DNA from: Octopus sinensis
Taxonomy: Eukaryota
Length of the DNA stretch: 17,837 nucleotides
Assembly (NCBI RefSeq): GCF_006345805.1
Contig: NW_021826355.1
Location: 1 to 17,837 of the forward strand
Direction: 5' to 3'
Shown here in pieces: positions 17,126-17,837 of the stretch (positions are counted from its first letter, which is position 1; each line of letters begins with the position of its first letter). The position numbers were made by a program, and so were the translations under genes. Under the pieces are notes generated by a model. That model searched no databases. It was not told the origin of the DNA and saw nothing but the letters and a program-made list of their open reading frames with translations.

Positions 17126-17471
17126 TTATAGGTTATATGCCTATAATAAAGATATAAAGTATGGTAGTGCTAGTAGATTAGTATTTCTACATCATTTAGG
17201 CTTCTTGAGTAGAAGGCACCCACTGGTGACTGCATGCTAAGACAAGATTCTTCGTCACTGAAATAGGAAAACTGAAAAATCACTGACGTTGCAATTAGCC
17301 GGTCGACTGAATAAAATTCGTTATGTGCAATGGAAATGGTGTTAGTTTAAAAGAGCAATCTTTATATCATAGCTAATGCAGATAAATATTGGAAAGCCGA
17401 ATAAAATGCAGTATAATTCCTGAGATAATATCTCTTAAAGACGTACACGTAAATAACTCGTAATGATCAAA

Positions 17472-17837
17472 ATAACCCGTAATACTCAAAATAATTCATA
17501 AAACTGAAAACATATATATTGTTTTGATATACCTATGGGAGCACCAGATTCTGCACAGGCTACTGATTTAGTAGGTATTTTTCTTTTATCTGAACTCCAA
17601 TTAGAAAATCTTAAGATAGAGGGTGGTTTATATAGAGACGATCTTCTACTAATTACAAAGAATTGTACTAATAGGAATCTAGAAGTATATAAGAAAAAAC
17701 TATATAGTTTCTTTAAAAGATATGGTTTACGTATTACTATTTATAAGGAGAATTATAATGTTAATATTTAGATGTTAATTTTAATCTTATTACAGGTAAA
17801 ACACAACCATATCATAAACTTAATGAGAACCTTAGAT
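17472..17837 (+). mobile_element. Penelope-like element (PLE) reverse transcriptase fragment, disrupted; continues beyond the window
   Basis: Reads CFDIPMGAPDSAQATDLVGIFLL..GGLYRDD (YRDD at 17631-17642)..KKKLYSFFKRYGLRITI..VN. After a 1-nt shift near 17768 it reads LDVNFNLITGKTQPYHKLN. This matches the PLE RT pattern FDVxMGSxDGAExxELVGxxxL..GLYRDD..GLxITI..VNFLDVTFxL..YxPYxKPN. There are in-frame stops upstream of 17508. Confidence 0.88.

Overview
Repeat-dominated, AT-rich eukaryotic genomic DNA with no intact protein-coding gene that I can support. The SINE types, microsatellite density and retroelement mix suggest an octopus or other cephalopod; this is recalled, not verified. About 9.4 kb (5417-14829) is an (ATT)n array punctuated roughly 60 times by the marker ATCATCAATATCATTATTATTATC. 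Marker spacings show that the array contains two tandem copies of an approximately 4.87 kb super-unit (about 5960-9900 repeated at about 10820-14830), so it has three tiers of repeat structure. This is either a real higher-order repeat or a long-read false duplication. The flanks contain three families of tRNA-derived SINEs, a decayed R4/Dong-clade LINE reverse transcriptase (about 1545-2068, minus), a Penelope-like reverse transcriptase fragment running off the right end (about 17472-17837, plus), a hammerhead-like motif at the array's right edge, a frame-preserving ACT/GCT minisatellite, an RFX X-box pair and a few candidate spliced exons. Almost all ORFs in the supplied track are microsatellite or SINE artefacts. 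All counts and coordinates were made by eye.
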